From an uncultured Thermoprotei archaeon (GTDB lineage: Archaea > Thermoproteota > Thermoprotei > QMSL01 > B3-G16), in the NCBI GenBank assembly GCA_964517845.1, contig CAZFCQ010000003.1, forward strand, positions 35,978 to 99,977: DNA of 64,000 nucleotides, read 5' to 3'. This document shows positions 18,978 to 28,986 of this stretch, piece after piece (position 1 is the first letter of the stretch; each line of letters opens with the position of its first letter). Both the position numbers and the translations under genes were made by a program. The notes beneath the pieces are model-generated. The model ran no database searches. It saw only the letters and a program-made list of their open reading frames with translations, and was not told the origin of the DNA.

Positions 18978-20038
18978 GGAAATTTAAAGCTGCTATCATC
19001 AGTTTTGCCCATATTCATGCATACTCTTATGCCCGCGTACTTAAAGGGCTGGATAATGTAGAGTTTGTGGCTATATGGGACGATAGAAGAGAAAGAGGGG
19101 AGCTTGCTAAAAACCGTTATGCTATCAATAAGTACTACGATGACCTAGATAAGCTTTTCAAAGAGAATAAAGATCTAGACTTTGTTATAGTAACTTCAGA
19201 AAACGCTAAACATTATGAACATGTAAAGATCGCCCTTGAGAATGATATTCATGTACTTTGTGAAAAACCTTTAACCGTTGACTTGAAACAAGCAGACGAA
19301 TTAGTAGGCCTTGCTAGAAGAAAAGGATTAAAACTAGGCACTTGCTTCGTTATGAGATTCCATACTTCTACTATCCAGGCTTATAATATCCTCCGTGAGG
19401 AGAGAATAGGTATTCCTATGTCTATTACTACTACTAATCATGGTACATGTCCATATAAAGAAGCTCACTGGTTCGTAGAGCCAGAGTTATCTTATGGAGC
19501 TCGTATAAGACTAAGGGAAGGTGATTCTAGATTTAGAGGAGGATGTATTACAGATCATACTGTACATTGTGCTGATCTTTTAAGGTGGCTTTTAGGAAGT
19601 GAAGTAAGTGAGATATACGCAGAAGTCGGAGGGAATATCAGAAGTGAACTAGAAGTCGAAGATAATGCTCTTGTAATCTTAAAATTCCGAAACGGCGTAC
19701 AGGCATCTATAGACTGCAGTTGGAGTAGACCTGAGGGCGTTTATCCAACATGGGGAGACGTTAATCTCTACATAGTAGGAACTAACGGTGCTCTTGATAT
19801 AGAAGCTTTTAATCAAAACATATGGTTGGCCACATGGGACACTCAAAGATTAGTTTTCAATTACTGGGGTACTGATGTAGACTGGAACATGATTGTACAA
19901 TTCATAGAAGCTATTGAACGAGATGAGGAACCTCGAGCTAATGGTTGGGATGGCCGTCAAGCTACTGAAATAATGCTAGCAGCTTACGAATCAGTCTCTA
20001 GAAGGAAGCCAATACGATTGCCTTTAACCCATACTTGA
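18974..20038 (+). CDS. Gfo/Idh/MocA family oxidoreductase (paralog)
   Basis: The product has the same fold (...HVLCEKPL...) and is translationally coupled to the upstream paralog by a 4-nt overlap. Confidence 0.8.
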   Translation: MRKFKAAIISFAHIHAYSYARVLKGLDNVEFVAIWDDRRERGELAKNRYAINKYYDDLDKLFKENKDLDFVIVTSENAKHYEHVKIALENDIHVLCEKPLTVDLKQADELVGLARRKGLKLGTCFVMRFHTSTIQAYNILREERIGIPMSITTTNHGTCPYKEAHWFVEPELSYGARIRLREGDSRFRGGCITDHTVHCADLLRWLLGSEVSEIYAEVGGNIRSELEVEDNALVILKFRNGVQASIDCSWSRPEGVYPTWGDVNLYIVGTNGALDIEAFNQNIWLATWDTQRLVFNYWGTDVDWNMIVQFIEAIERDEEPRANGWDGRQATEIMLAAYESVSRRKPIRLPLTHT

Positions 20039-20257
20039 GATTAAACTACTTTATTTTTATAATAACCAAATATTATAAAGAGAATTCATAAGCCAAATAC
20101 ATCCTGCATTATTATAATCACTTTACCATCTCTCGCTATACTCTTTAACTTTAACATCCATAGTGCTCCGTCGATTTCTTATAATCTTATCCTACGTTAA
20201 ATTTAAAAGGGTTTGAAGTCTATTTAAACCAACAGAGCAATGTTATATCACCTTGAA

Positions 20258-20312
20258 TTATGATGAATAGGGACTATCTGAGCTAATGATGATCATGCGG
20301 ATGTGCTGACCT
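20258..20312 (+). ncRNA. Candidate C/D box sRNA (2'-O-methylation guide)
   Basis: C box AUGAUGA at 20260..20266. D' box CUGA at 20278..20281. C' box AUGAUGA at 20286..20292. D box CUGA at 20306..20309. Guide spacers are 11 nt and 13 nt. It lies in a convergent intergenic region. Confidence 0.55.
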
Positions 20313-20341
20313 TTGTCATAACCTAATGAAATTTTCAGCAT

Positions 20342-21547
20342 TTAGAATAGAAATCTCCTCTTTATCTTCCCATAACTGGTAATGCACTCTCTAATAAGTT
20401 CCATCTTGTCAATACTTGTTAAACTATAAGAATACACCATAATTCCTTTTCTCCATACTTTAAGTGCTCTTTCTACTTCTTTCTGAATTTCATTACTTCC
20501 CATACTCTTTAAGGCTACTACTCCAGGGTATCCTTCACTTTTTAATAAACGGCGCGCTCTTAAGCATTGTTTGCTAAACCATCTAATGTCTTTCCCTAAT
20601 ATTTTGTAAAATAGAACAGGTTTCACAAGATCTACTATCCTATCTATTTCCCTATAGTCAATTCCTAGAGCCTTAGATATATCTGGAGGAGGTAGAATAG
20701 TAGATACTCTTACTCCATAGTCATGAGCAATGCTGGTCATATCGTCAAGTAACTCTGTTACTATATCTGTTCTAAAATTAAAGAAATCCTCTATATTACC
20801 GAATTTACCTAACCACTTTAGCTTTTCATAATTCCTAAATGTAAAGGCTTCTTCGAATGGTTCCTCTTTATCTTCCCTATGCAGTATTATTTTTTGTATC
20901 TTTCTCATAACGTGTTCTCTGCTTATCCTACTTAGTACATCACTTAGATTGAGGTTTCTACTCTTAGCTTCTATTCTACAATACTTACAGAAACAGGTTA
21001 TCCTGTTTCTCATAAGTGGTGATATCGGATGCCAGAATTCTCCTAATTCAATTTCCATAATGTCCTCTCTTGTTGCTAAATCTTCTATTAGTCCGAGGAG
21101 ATATCTTCTTACTTCTGGATTTAAAGGACATACCCAGGCTCCACCGTAATTAATGGGCTCTTTCACATTATCTACCATATAATATTTCATATTGTTTAAA
21201 GTCATGTTAAGACAATTAATATGAGCTACTATTTCAAGTCCATAAGAATAAGCTCTGCTAATGACATGTCTTAAGTCGAAGCATAGTAACTCTTTATATC
21301 TCTGAGGTCTAATAGATGTGGCTCTATAGAAATCATGTCGTGGCTCAAAATATAATTTTCCTGCTTCGCTTTCTCGTCCTACACTTTTATTGTCGTATGT
21401 AAGGATTAGATTCATTTTAGTAAAATTCATATTATTAATAAAGACTGATATGGAGTTAGCTCCTAGGAACCCAACAACATCGCTTAATGTTCTCTCAAGT
21501 ACATCTAAACAAAGATGTCGTGGATGCACCCACATACCTATGTACAT
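20342..21547 (-). CDS. Hypothetical protein (401 aa), possibly a glycoside-hydrolase-like TIM-barrel protein
   Basis: This is a long ORF with coding-like composition and a Cys cluster (CFCKYC). No motif is recognised with confidence. Confidence 0.4.
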   Translation of the reverse strand: MYIGMWVHPRHLCLDVLERTLSDVVGFLGANSISVFINNMNFTKMNLILTYDNKSVGRESEAGKLYFEPRHDFYRATSIRPQRYKELLCFDLRHVISRAYSYGLEIVAHINCLNMTLNNMKYYMVDNVKEPINYGGAWVCPLNPEVRRYLLGLIEDLATREDIMEIELGEFWHPISPLMRNRITCFCKYCRIEAKSRNLNLSDVLSRISREHVMRKIQKIILHREDKEEPFEEAFTFRNYEKLKWLGKFGNIEDFFNFRTDIVTELLDDMTSIAHDYGVRVSTILPPPDISKALGIDYREIDRIVDLVKPVLFYKILGKDIRWFSKQCLRARRLLKSEGYPGVVALKSMGSNEIQKEVERALKVWRKGIMVYSYSLTSIDKMELIRECITSYGKIKRRFLF

Positions 21548-21853
21548 TAGACCACCTTACCTTATGGGAATATTACTATTACCATCGCACATTGCTACGA
21601 TGATATACATAACTCACTATAGTGTTAGCATTTACTCTCATCATTATGTATGCTGAGAGGTCACTTCATGTGGTATTTTAAGTTAAAGACTTTATGAGTA
21701 TTTTGTCTGACATGGTGTATTATCCGGACACTATATATTGTCTCTAATGACACTTTTCACGTAATGGGAAAAGAAGCTATATGAAAGACGTAATACTACA
21801 GTACTAATCTTAGAAATACCAACCTCTATCTGTCCTGTAGACTCTAAAATTAG

Positions 21854-22057
21854 TTGGGTGTTGTAATGCATAGAAAAAGTCACTTAAGACTAGTAAGTAT
21901 TCACCTCCCTGAAAGCTATGTTTATGGATTAGACGAACTCGTAGACAAAGGGTTATATCCCTCAAGAAGTGAAGCTATACGCGTAGCAGTGAGAGACCTA
22001 TTAATGCGTGAACTTTGGAAAAGAAGAAGGCATAGCTCAACAAGACTTGTTGGTTGA
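21854..22057 (+). CDS. Ribbon-helix-helix (CopG/Arc-like) DNA-binding protein
   Basis: ...LRLVSIHLPESYVYGLDELVDKGLYPSRSEAIRVAVRDLLMRE has the typical RHH beta-alpha-alpha arrangement. Confidence 0.55.
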   Translation: MGVVMHRKSHLRLVSIHLPESYVYGLDELVDKGLYPSRSEAIRVAVRDLLMRELWKRRRHSSTRLVG

Positions 22058-22136
22058 TGACGTTATCTTAGGTGCAAGGCATTAACGCAAATATATAGAA
22101 AATTTTTAGAGACACTACTAATTCTATACTACTCAG

Positions 22137-22433
22137 GTGGCAGTACTGACCTCATCAGATGAAATAAAGCAAAAGATATTTGAGAAATTAAAAGAGATAG
22201 TAGATCCTGAAATAGGGTTAAACATAGTAGAAGCTGGCTTCGTACGTAATGTGAAAATAGAAGATGGAAATGTCTTAATAGAAATAATGCTTACATCGCC
22301 TTTCTGTCCTTTAGCTTTCTTCTTGATAAATGCTATTAAAGAGAAAGCATTACTTATAGAAGGTGTAAAATCGGTAGATGTCAAAGTAATAGGCTTCGGA
22401 ATTCCTCCAGAACTAGAAGAACGCCTTAAGTAA
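22137..22433 (+). CDS. DUF59/MIP18-family Fe-S cluster assembly protein (SufT-like)
   Basis: The protein carries ...VDPEIGLNIVEAGFV...TSPFCPLA..., the conserved DUF59 core with a Cys. Confidence 0.7.
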   Translation: MAVLTSSDEIKQKIFEKLKEIVDPEIGLNIVEAGFVRNVKIEDGNVLIEIMLTSPFCPLAFFLINAIKEKALLIEGVKSVDVKVIGFGIPPELEERLK

Positions 22434-22459
22434 AAATAAAAACAGCCACTACTTTCCAA

Positions 22460-23314
22460 CTATGTACTATCGCCAAGTCGCCTTTCTATATTTTTCACAG
22501 CTTCAGTTATCTTTCTTAGGTATTCGCTCTCTTCAGTTCTTTTTATATGCTCTAAGATGATATTATAGACCTTCTCAGGATTTGGTATCCCATAGAGAAC
22601 GTATTGTGCTCTAGCTCTAGTGACTTTAATACTTTTTCCCCCTCCTACAGAAGCTTCAAGTCCACTCTTCTGTATTCCAGCAGAAGTGAAGGCAAAGTTG
22701 CTTCCCATTCCAAGCTCTGAAGGGGTTATTGGTATCACAGTACCATAATTGAATATTTTCCCTATGATTCCTTTCTTTAGTATAACGTCCACTATGCGAC
22801 TATAGAATATGCTACGCTCTTCTGTAGTGAGAAAAGCTTTAGTAGTAATGATCCTATAGTTTGTTAGGTAGTACTCATACCCTCGTCTTTGTATATCAGA
22901 GACTATCAAACCTACTATGCTTATAATGCATAATAATGATAGAATCCCTTTTACATCAGGATTGATATAATACGCGTAGCTTGTCACAATAAGACAGATT
23001 ATCATATAAATTATAGGTACTTTCCAGGTGATTTTAAAGACTCCCATAATTACTCCTGGGATCATCATTAAAAGCCAAAGTAATATTAAATAACTCATCC
23101 ATCTGCCTATGTATAATAGACTTGAAATACCTAGAAATATTGCAAGCTTTATCAATATAGGTCTTACATAGTCTAAAACCAAGTAGGAGAGTAGTCCAGC
23201 AATAGTGGGATACATGGCAATGGCATAGTTAGTGAAGAATGCTAATGCTCTAGGTTTACATTTAAGTATTATGCTTTCATCGTTTAATAAGTGAACTTTC
23301 ATATTACTTACCAT
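22460..23314 (-). CDS. Membrane protein with a bacterial PH (YdbT-like) domain
   Basis: Multiple TM helices are present, with a central ...YYLTNYRIITTKAFLTTEERSIFYSRI bPH-like segment. Confidence 0.45.
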   Translation of the reverse strand: MVSNMKVHLLNDESIILKCKPRALAFFTNYAIAMYPTIAGLLSYLVLDYVRPILIKLAIFLGISSLLYIGRWMSYLILLWLLMMIPGVIMGVFKITWKVPIIYMIICLIVTSYAYYINPDVKGILSLLCIISIVGLIVSDIQRRGYEYYLTNYRIITTKAFLTTEERSIFYSRIVDVILKKGIIGKIFNYGTVIPITPSELGMGSNFAFTSAGIQKSGLEASVGGGKSIKVTRARAQYVLYGIPNPEKVYNIILEHIKRTEESEYLRKITEAVKNIERRLGDST

Positions 23315-23448
23315 ATATATGATGACAATAAGATGTACTTGAACATAACGCTACGTTTATATTCTTCCTAAGCTGATAAGCTATCAGTTTCAAGGAATAC
23401 CCTAGAGCGAAGTTCCAGCCGAGGTTTAGTATCAAAATTACCTTCTCA

Positions 23449-25035
23449 ATGGAGGGTCATAATATGACAGTCCTTGATGAAATACTCTCTCGTGAAGAAT
23501 TCCGGGGACTAAGCCCTGCTGAGTTCTTCTATAGGAATCGTGAAATAGCTGGCTTCTCTAATCCTAGTAGAGCACTATATCAGACTGTAAGAGAGCTAGT
23601 AGAAAATAGCTTAGATGCTACTGAACTTTATAGTATTCTACCCAATATTGATGTAGGCATTTCTATCGTCTCTGAGGAAAAGAATATAGTTAAGGTATCA
23701 GTGCGAGATAATGGAGTCGGTATACCTCCCAAGGAAGTTCCTAATGTCTTTGGAAAAGTTTTTTATGGCTCAAAGTATAAGTTAAGGCAATCAAGAGGTG
23801 TATTCGGCCTTGGCGTTAAGATGGCTGTACTCTATGCACAAATGACTACTGGTAGCCCAACACTTATTCGTACGGCATTACCTAAGTCTAAGAATGTCTA
23901 CGAATATCGGATACTTATAGACATAAGTAAGAACCAACCCATTATAGTTTCTAACAAAGTTTATAAGAATAAAAGTAAGTGGCATGGTACCTTTGTTGAA
24001 CTTACACTTGAGGGAAATTGGTCCAGCGCTAGATCTCGTATAATGGAGTACGTAAAAAGGACTGCCTTAATAACGCCCTATGCTACTATACGTTTCAAAG
24101 CACCAGGTATCGAATTTAGCTTTAAGAGAGTAACAAGAAAGCTTCCTCCTCCCCCTGGTGTAGGAAAGCCTCATCCTAAAGGAGTAGATATCGAACTTCT
24201 TAAACAGCTAATAGGCTCAGCTCTTGCTAATGATAACTCTTTAACGCTTCATGAATTTCTAACTCAGGTATTTGATAGTGTCGGAACGAAGACCGCACTA
24301 AGTTTTCTAAAATGGGCAGGTTATGATCCGAGGACTCCCATATCGAAACTAAGTATAAGTCAGTTAGATGATCTAGCACGAAAAATGAAGAATTATACTA
24401 AATGGAGAAGGCCGAAGCCGCATTCCTTATCTCCCTTAGGCGAAGAGCTATTAATGGAGGGAATTAAAGGCATACTAAAGCCTGAATTTACAAGTGCTGT
24501 AACTAGGAAACCCTCTAGTTATGGAGGCCATCCATTCGTGATAGAAGTTGCTATTGCATGGGGAGGTCAAATACCAGCTTCTGATAAACCAATACTCCTA
24601 CGTTTCGCTAATAAGATTCCCTTACTTTATGATGAAGGTGTTGATGTCTCTAGGAAAGTTATAGATAGCATTGATTGGAATTTATATAAAGTTAGATTCC
24701 CTGCCCCTTTAGCTGTTGTAACTCATATATGCTCGACAAAAATACCGTTCAAAGGAGTTGGTAAAGAGGCTATAGCTGATGTACCTGAAGTAGAGCGAGA
24801 GATAGAAATAGCCCTACGAGAAGTAGCTAGAAGACTGAAAAGATACTTATCTCGTATAGAGAGACAACTTGAAGTTAAAGTTAGATACGTAACAATATCG
24901 AAGTATATTGGGGAGATCTCTAGGGCTCTTTCAATAATAACTGGAAAAGATAGTAAACTCTTTGAAAAGAGGCTTAAGTTAATGGTTAATCAGAAAATCC
25001 TACGTAAGGAGGTGAAAGTTCATGAGACTAAGTGA
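23449..25035 (+). CDS. top6B: DNA topoisomerase VI subunit B
   Basis: A GHKL ATPase (Bergerat) fold and a transducer domain are present. The 14-nt overlap with top6A is typical. Confidence 0.9.
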   Translation: MEGHNMTVLDEILSREEFRGLSPAEFFYRNREIAGFSNPSRALYQTVRELVENSLDATELYSILPNIDVGISIVSEEKNIVKVSVRDNGVGIPPKEVPNVFGKVFYGSKYKLRQSRGVFGLGVKMAVLYAQMTTGSPTLIRTALPKSKNVYEYRILIDISKNQPIIVSNKVYKNKSKWHGTFVELTLEGNWSSARSRIMEYVKRTALITPYATIRFKAPGIEFSFKRVTRKLPPPPGVGKPHPKGVDIELLKQLIGSALANDNSLTLHEFLTQVFDSVGTKTALSFLKWAGYDPRTPISKLSISQLDDLARKMKNYTKWRRPKPHSLSPLGEELLMEGIKGILKPEFTSAVTRKPSSYGGHPFVIEVAIAWGGQIPASDKPILLRFANKIPLLYDEGVDVSRKVIDSIDWNLYKVRFPAPLAVVTHICSTKIPFKGVGKEAIADVPEVEREIEIALREVARRLKRYLSRIERQLEVKVRYVTISKYIGEISRALSIITGKDSKLFEKRLKLMVNQKILRKEVKVHETK

Positions 25036-26131
25036 TGAGGAGATCTTAAAAAGGCTTGAATCCCTTGCAAATAGAGTAGCTGAGCAAATACTCCGAGGAA
25101 AACCCCCTCGTATAGAAATTCCTGTAAGAACTCTCTCAAATACTATTTGGGATGAAAAGAGGAGAATCCTTCGGTTAGGACCGGCTAAGGCTAAACGAGA
25201 GTTCCTAGATGCAAGAGAAGTTCGGAAATTTATGCAAACACTTCTAATGTTAAGCTTGATAGTTATGGCAAGACGTGAAGGTGATTATCCAACAATACGT
25301 GACTTATACTACATGGGTAAACATACAATATCGTATGTAGATATTAGCGGTAGAACTAGGAAGGAAGAAACCTGGAATGATCAAAGAGAATCTAATAGTA
25401 TAATTGAGGATATAGAAGTTGCCACAGGGATTCTTAGAGAAGAAATGGGCATAATGCATGATGCTAAAGGGAAGATGGTAGGCAATATTATTATAAGGTC
25501 TAAAGGATACTTAATTGATTGTTCTAAGATGGGTAGTGGAGCTTATGCTATACCCCCCAATCCTGACAGACTCGAGATAGTAAAAGTTGAAGCTGATTAT
25601 GTACTAGTTATTGAAAAAGACGCTATATTTGAGAGGTTAAATGAGGAAGAGTTTTGGAGGAGAGAAAACTGCATATTGATAACAGGTAAAGGTCAGCCTG
25701 ATAGATCCACTAGAAGAATGGTGAGGCGCCTTTGGGAAGAGTTCGGCTTACCCATCTATGTACTTACTGATGCAGACCCCTATGGATGGTACATATATAG
25801 TGTATATAGAAGTGGTAGTATATCATTATCTTATGAAAGTGAGAAATTAGCTTGCCCTGAAGTACGTTTCATAGGAGTCACTACATCTGATATAGACAAA
25901 TACAACATTCCCCGTAATTACATAATTGCAGCTACTGATCGTGATTTAAAACGCGCAAATGAAATGTCAAAGTATCCATGGTTTCAGAGTAAAGCTTGGC
26001 AATACGAGCTTAAACTTTTCCTCAAAAGAAAAGAGAAAATCGAAATTGAGGCTCTTAGCGGTCATGGTTTTAAATTCCTATCTAATGTATATATTCCTGA
26101 GAAGATAGAGAAACGCCTCTGGATAGTGTAA
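25022..26131 (+). CDS. top6A: DNA topoisomerase VI subunit A (Spo11 homolog)
   Basis: The winged-helix (CAP) catalytic Tyr region and Toprim domain are present (...DADPYGW...). Confidence 0.9.
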   Translation: MRLSDEEILKRLESLANRVAEQILRGKPPRIEIPVRTLSNTIWDEKRRILRLGPAKAKREFLDAREVRKFMQTLLMLSLIVMARREGDYPTIRDLYYMGKHTISYVDISGRTRKEETWNDQRESNSIIEDIEVATGILREEMGIMHDAKGKMVGNIIIRSKGYLIDCSKMGSGAYAIPPNPDRLEIVKVEADYVLVIEKDAIFERLNEEEFWRRENCILITGKGQPDRSTRRMVRRLWEEFGLPIYVLTDADPYGWYIYSVYRSGSISLSYESEKLACPEVRFIGVTTSDIDKYNIPRNYIIAATDRDLKRANEMSKYPWFQSKAWQYELKLFLKRKEKIEIEALSGHGFKFLSNVYIPEKIEKRLWIV

Positions 26132-26141
26132 GGGTGACCTT

Positions 26142-27122
26142 ATGAAATATGTAATTGGCGTTGATGGAGGTGGGACAAAGACTATCGCTTTAATTTCTGA
26201 TTTCCAAGGAAGATTATTGAGTGTAGGTTTCTCAGGCCCCTCCAACTATCATATCGTTGGTATAGAGAATGCTAAAAAAGCTATAGCAAAAGCTATATCG
26301 AATGCGATTTCTAAGGCTAAAATAAGAAACGAACAAGCTCATGTTGCTTGTTATGGATTAGCTGGACTTGATTCGCCTAAAGATATACGTACTATGAAGC
26401 CGCATTTGGAAAGCTTAAATTTTTCAAAGAAGACCATAGTCGTGCACGATTCCCATATAGCATTGATGGGAGCTACGGCAGGTTCTCCTGGCGTTATAGT
26501 TATTGCAGGTACAGGTTCTGTTGCTGCAGGTATAGATGAAAAAGGAAATTATGTAAGATCCGGTGGTTGGGGTCCAGTTATAGGTGATGAGGGTAGTGCT
26601 TTCTATATAGCTAGAGAAGGGATAGTTGCTGCATTAAAATATTACGATGGAAGAGGAGCTCCAACTAAGTTGCTTGAAGCGATCCTTGAGGAACTTAACT
26701 TGGAAGCTCCTGAAGATATAATAGGTTTCATTTACACTCCTGTAGTAGACTTTAGCAAAATCGCTAAGCTAGCCCCCCTAGTTGCTAAAATAGCCTCAGA
26801 GGGAGATACTGTAGCTCAGGATATACTCAGGAGTGCTGGAAAAGAGCTTGCAAAAATAGCAATAGCAGTAATAAAGCGCTTAGGATTTGAAGAAAGATCA
26901 TTTCCCTTAGCGATAATAGGGGGTGCTTTTAAAGCAGGAGAGCATTTAATAAAAAGTTTCAAATCTGAGGTCTTAAAAACAGCTCCTAATGCTGTAATCT
27001 TAAGACCTCGTTTTCCACCTGTTGTAGGTGCCATATTTATCGCTCTTAAAGAAGCCGGTGTAGAAATCAGCAATGAAATTATAAATAACATAGAAACTTC
27101 ATTAACTAATGTAAAAATATAG
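26142..27122 (+). CDS. BadF/BadG/BcrA/BcrD-type ATPase (N-acetylglucosamine-kinase-like sugar kinase)
   Basis: An ASKHA fold is present, with the N-terminal GVDGGGTKT and the motif ...VIAGTGS... Confidence 0.7.
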   Translation: MKYVIGVDGGGTKTIALISDFQGRLLSVGFSGPSNYHIVGIENAKKAIAKAISNAISKAKIRNEQAHVACYGLAGLDSPKDIRTMKPHLESLNFSKKTIVVHDSHIALMGATAGSPGVIVIAGTGSVAAGIDEKGNYVRSGGWGPVIGDEGSAFYIAREGIVAALKYYDGRGAPTKLLEAILEELNLEAPEDIIGFIYTPVVDFSKIAKLAPLVAKIASEGDTVAQDILRSAGKELAKIAIAVIKRLGFEERSFPLAIIGGAFKAGEHLIKSFKSEVLKTAPNAVILRPRFPPVVGAIFIALKEAGVEISNEIINNIETSLTNVKI

Positions 27123-27130
27123 CATCATAA

Positions 27131-28228
27131 TTGTGGTGTAGGGTAATGAGTGCTTTACCCTTCTCAAGAAAAGCTCTCGAGGAATACCTTTATTCTATCT
27201 ATAAAACTGATAAACTTCAAGTCCTTGAGATTTCCCTATTAGGTAAAGGATGGCATGCAGAAGCATGGCGGATAAGAGTAATGATAGGCTCTGAAACAAG
27301 AAATCTAGTAATGAAATTCCTGAAAGGAGAAAAAGGTTTTGGACACGATTATCCTGCTGATAGAGCACAAGTGCTTCTTTTAGCTCATAAAGACTTTAAC
27401 GAATTACCTAATCATATAAAGTCAATAGATGTAGGCTATATTGACAGGGATAATAAACTCCACAGTGTAGGTGATTATGAAGAGTTCTTCATCTTAATGG
27501 AAGAGGCTATAGGTCGTCCTTATATAGAGGATCTTAGAGAGATTAAATCTCGTGGTTACCTCATTGAACACGACCTTAAACGTGTAGAAATACTAGCAAA
27601 TTACCTCGCTTCAATCCATAGAGAAAAGTTCTTTGGAGATGATGAAACGAAGATGAGACTTTACTTCAGGAGAATACGTGACCTTGTTGGACATGGTGAA
27701 ATGATATTCGGTGTCATAGATTCAGCATATCCTTATCAAAATCCCTATACTAAGCAGCTAAAAACTGTTGAAAGAAAAGTTATTGAATGGCGATGGAGGC
27801 TTAAGCAATATTGGCATAGACTATGCAATGTACATGGTGACTATCATCCGTTTAATATACGATTTACTGAAAAGGATGAATTAGTATTAATGGATAGATC
27901 TAGAGGAAGATGGGGTGAAGCAGCGGACGATGTGTCATGCTTAGCTATAAACCTACTGTGGTTTGCACTTCTGGATAAGGGCTCTTTCAAAGGTCCTTTT
28001 GCAGAACTCTTCTCTTCCTTTATTAATCATTACATAAAAGAGACGAACGATGAAGAGTTATTAAAAGTAATTCAGCCCTGGTTTGCCTTTAGAGCCTTGG
28101 TTATAGCAAGCCCGTTATTTTACCCTGAAAATCCAGAAAGTGTACGTAATGCTCTAATAAACTTCGCAGTAAACGTACTCGATTTAGATCTCTTTGAGAT
28201 AGATAAATTGCAAGAGTTATTGGTGTAA
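27131..28228 (+). CDS. Protein-kinase-like (APH/choline-kinase fold) phosphotransferase
   Basis: The Brenner motif HGDYHPFNI and a downstream Asp are present. The substrate is unknown. Confidence 0.55.
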   Translation: MWCRVMSALPFSRKALEEYLYSIYKTDKLQVLEISLLGKGWHAEAWRIRVMIGSETRNLVMKFLKGEKGFGHDYPADRAQVLLLAHKDFNELPNHIKSIDVGYIDRDNKLHSVGDYEEFFILMEEAIGRPYIEDLREIKSRGYLIEHDLKRVEILANYLASIHREKFFGDDETKMRLYFRRIRDLVGHGEMIFGVIDSAYPYQNPYTKQLKTVERKVIEWRWRLKQYWHRLCNVHGDYHPFNIRFTEKDELVLMDRSRGRWGEAADDVSCLAINLLWFALLDKGSFKGPFAELFSSFINHYIKETNDEELLKVIQPWFAFRALVIASPLFYPENPESVRNALINFAVNVLDLDLFEIDKLQELLV

Positions 28229-28233
28229 TCATC

Positions 28234-28755
28234 ATGCCTTTTGTCCTGTGGTTAACCGGAATCCCTGCAAGCGGAAAAAGTACTATTGCAAAGATACTTA
28301 AATTTAAGCTAGAACAGGAAAATGTGAAAGTAGCTGTGTTAGAGAGCGATGAAATTAGAAAAGTACTGACTCCTAACCCTAAATACACTGAGGAGGAAAG
28401 AGACTGGTTTTACTCAACCTTAATTTGGATTTCTAGCCTTCTTTATAGAAATGGTATTAACGTTATTATTGATGCTACTGCTCATAAGAGAACATATAGA
28501 GAGAAAGCTCGCTCTTTATTTGGTAAGGACTTCATAGAGGTTTATTTAAGATGTCCCCTTAAGGTAGCTATGAAGCGTGATCCTAAAGGTCTCTACAAAC
28601 GTGCTTTAAGAGGCGAGATAAAAACTCTCCCTGGACTACAGGTTCCTTATGAAGAGCCTTGTAATCCTGAGTTGATTGTAGATACCAGTAAAGAAGCTCC
28701 TAATGAAATAGTTAAAAAGATAATACTTTTCCTAAGATCCTCGGGGTACCTTTAA
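28234..28755 (+). CDS. P-loop kinase, adenylylsulfate (APS) kinase-like
   Basis: The N-terminal VLWLTGIPASGKSTIAKIL P-loop is present, and the size and motif spacing resemble APS kinase (CysC). The substrate is not established. Confidence 0.55.
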   Translation: MPFVLWLTGIPASGKSTIAKILKFKLEQENVKVAVLESDEIRKVLTPNPKYTEEERDWFYSTLIWISSLLYRNGINVIIDATAHKRTYREKARSLFGKDFIEVYLRCPLKVAMKRDPKGLYKRALRGEIKTLPGLQVPYEEPCNPELIVDTSKEAPNEIVKKIILFLRSSGYL

Positions 28756-28980
28756 TACACGTCTTTTATAATATAAAATAGTCCCCTTCCACCACATCAT
28801 AAGCCATAATGCTAGTAATGTGAATGCAGTTCCTACTCTAAATATTCCTCTAATAATGGGTTCATTGATCTTTATAGGCATTATGATATTTTCGATAAAG
28901 ATCAATATTCCAAGTAATATAATCCATGTGAAGATCACTAAGCAAGAAAGTTCAAGTGCTCTCTTAACACATCCTTTCAT
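28732..28980 (-). CDS. Small hypothetical membrane protein upstream of aglH
   Basis: Two predicted TM helices are present. The gene is co-directional with and adjacent to AglH, and overlaps the 3' end of the kinase gene. Confidence 0.3.
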   Translation of the reverse strand: MKGCVKRALELSCLVIFTWIILLGILIFIENIIMPIKINEPIIRGIFRVGTAFTLLALWLMMWWKGTILYYKRRVLKVPRGS

Positions 28981-28986
28981 TTCCCT

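Noticed and set aside
17949-20038. The two Gfo/Idh/MocA ORFs as one gene split by a frameshift
   Set aside because: Each has its own complete N-terminal Rossmann motif and a full-length (342 and 354 aa) domain set. They are tandem paralogs, not fragments.
21590-21660. A minus-strand AAUGAUGA C-box-like motif in the 21548..21853 intergenic region
   Set aside because: There is no D box (CUGA) or C'/D' at appropriate spacing downstream.
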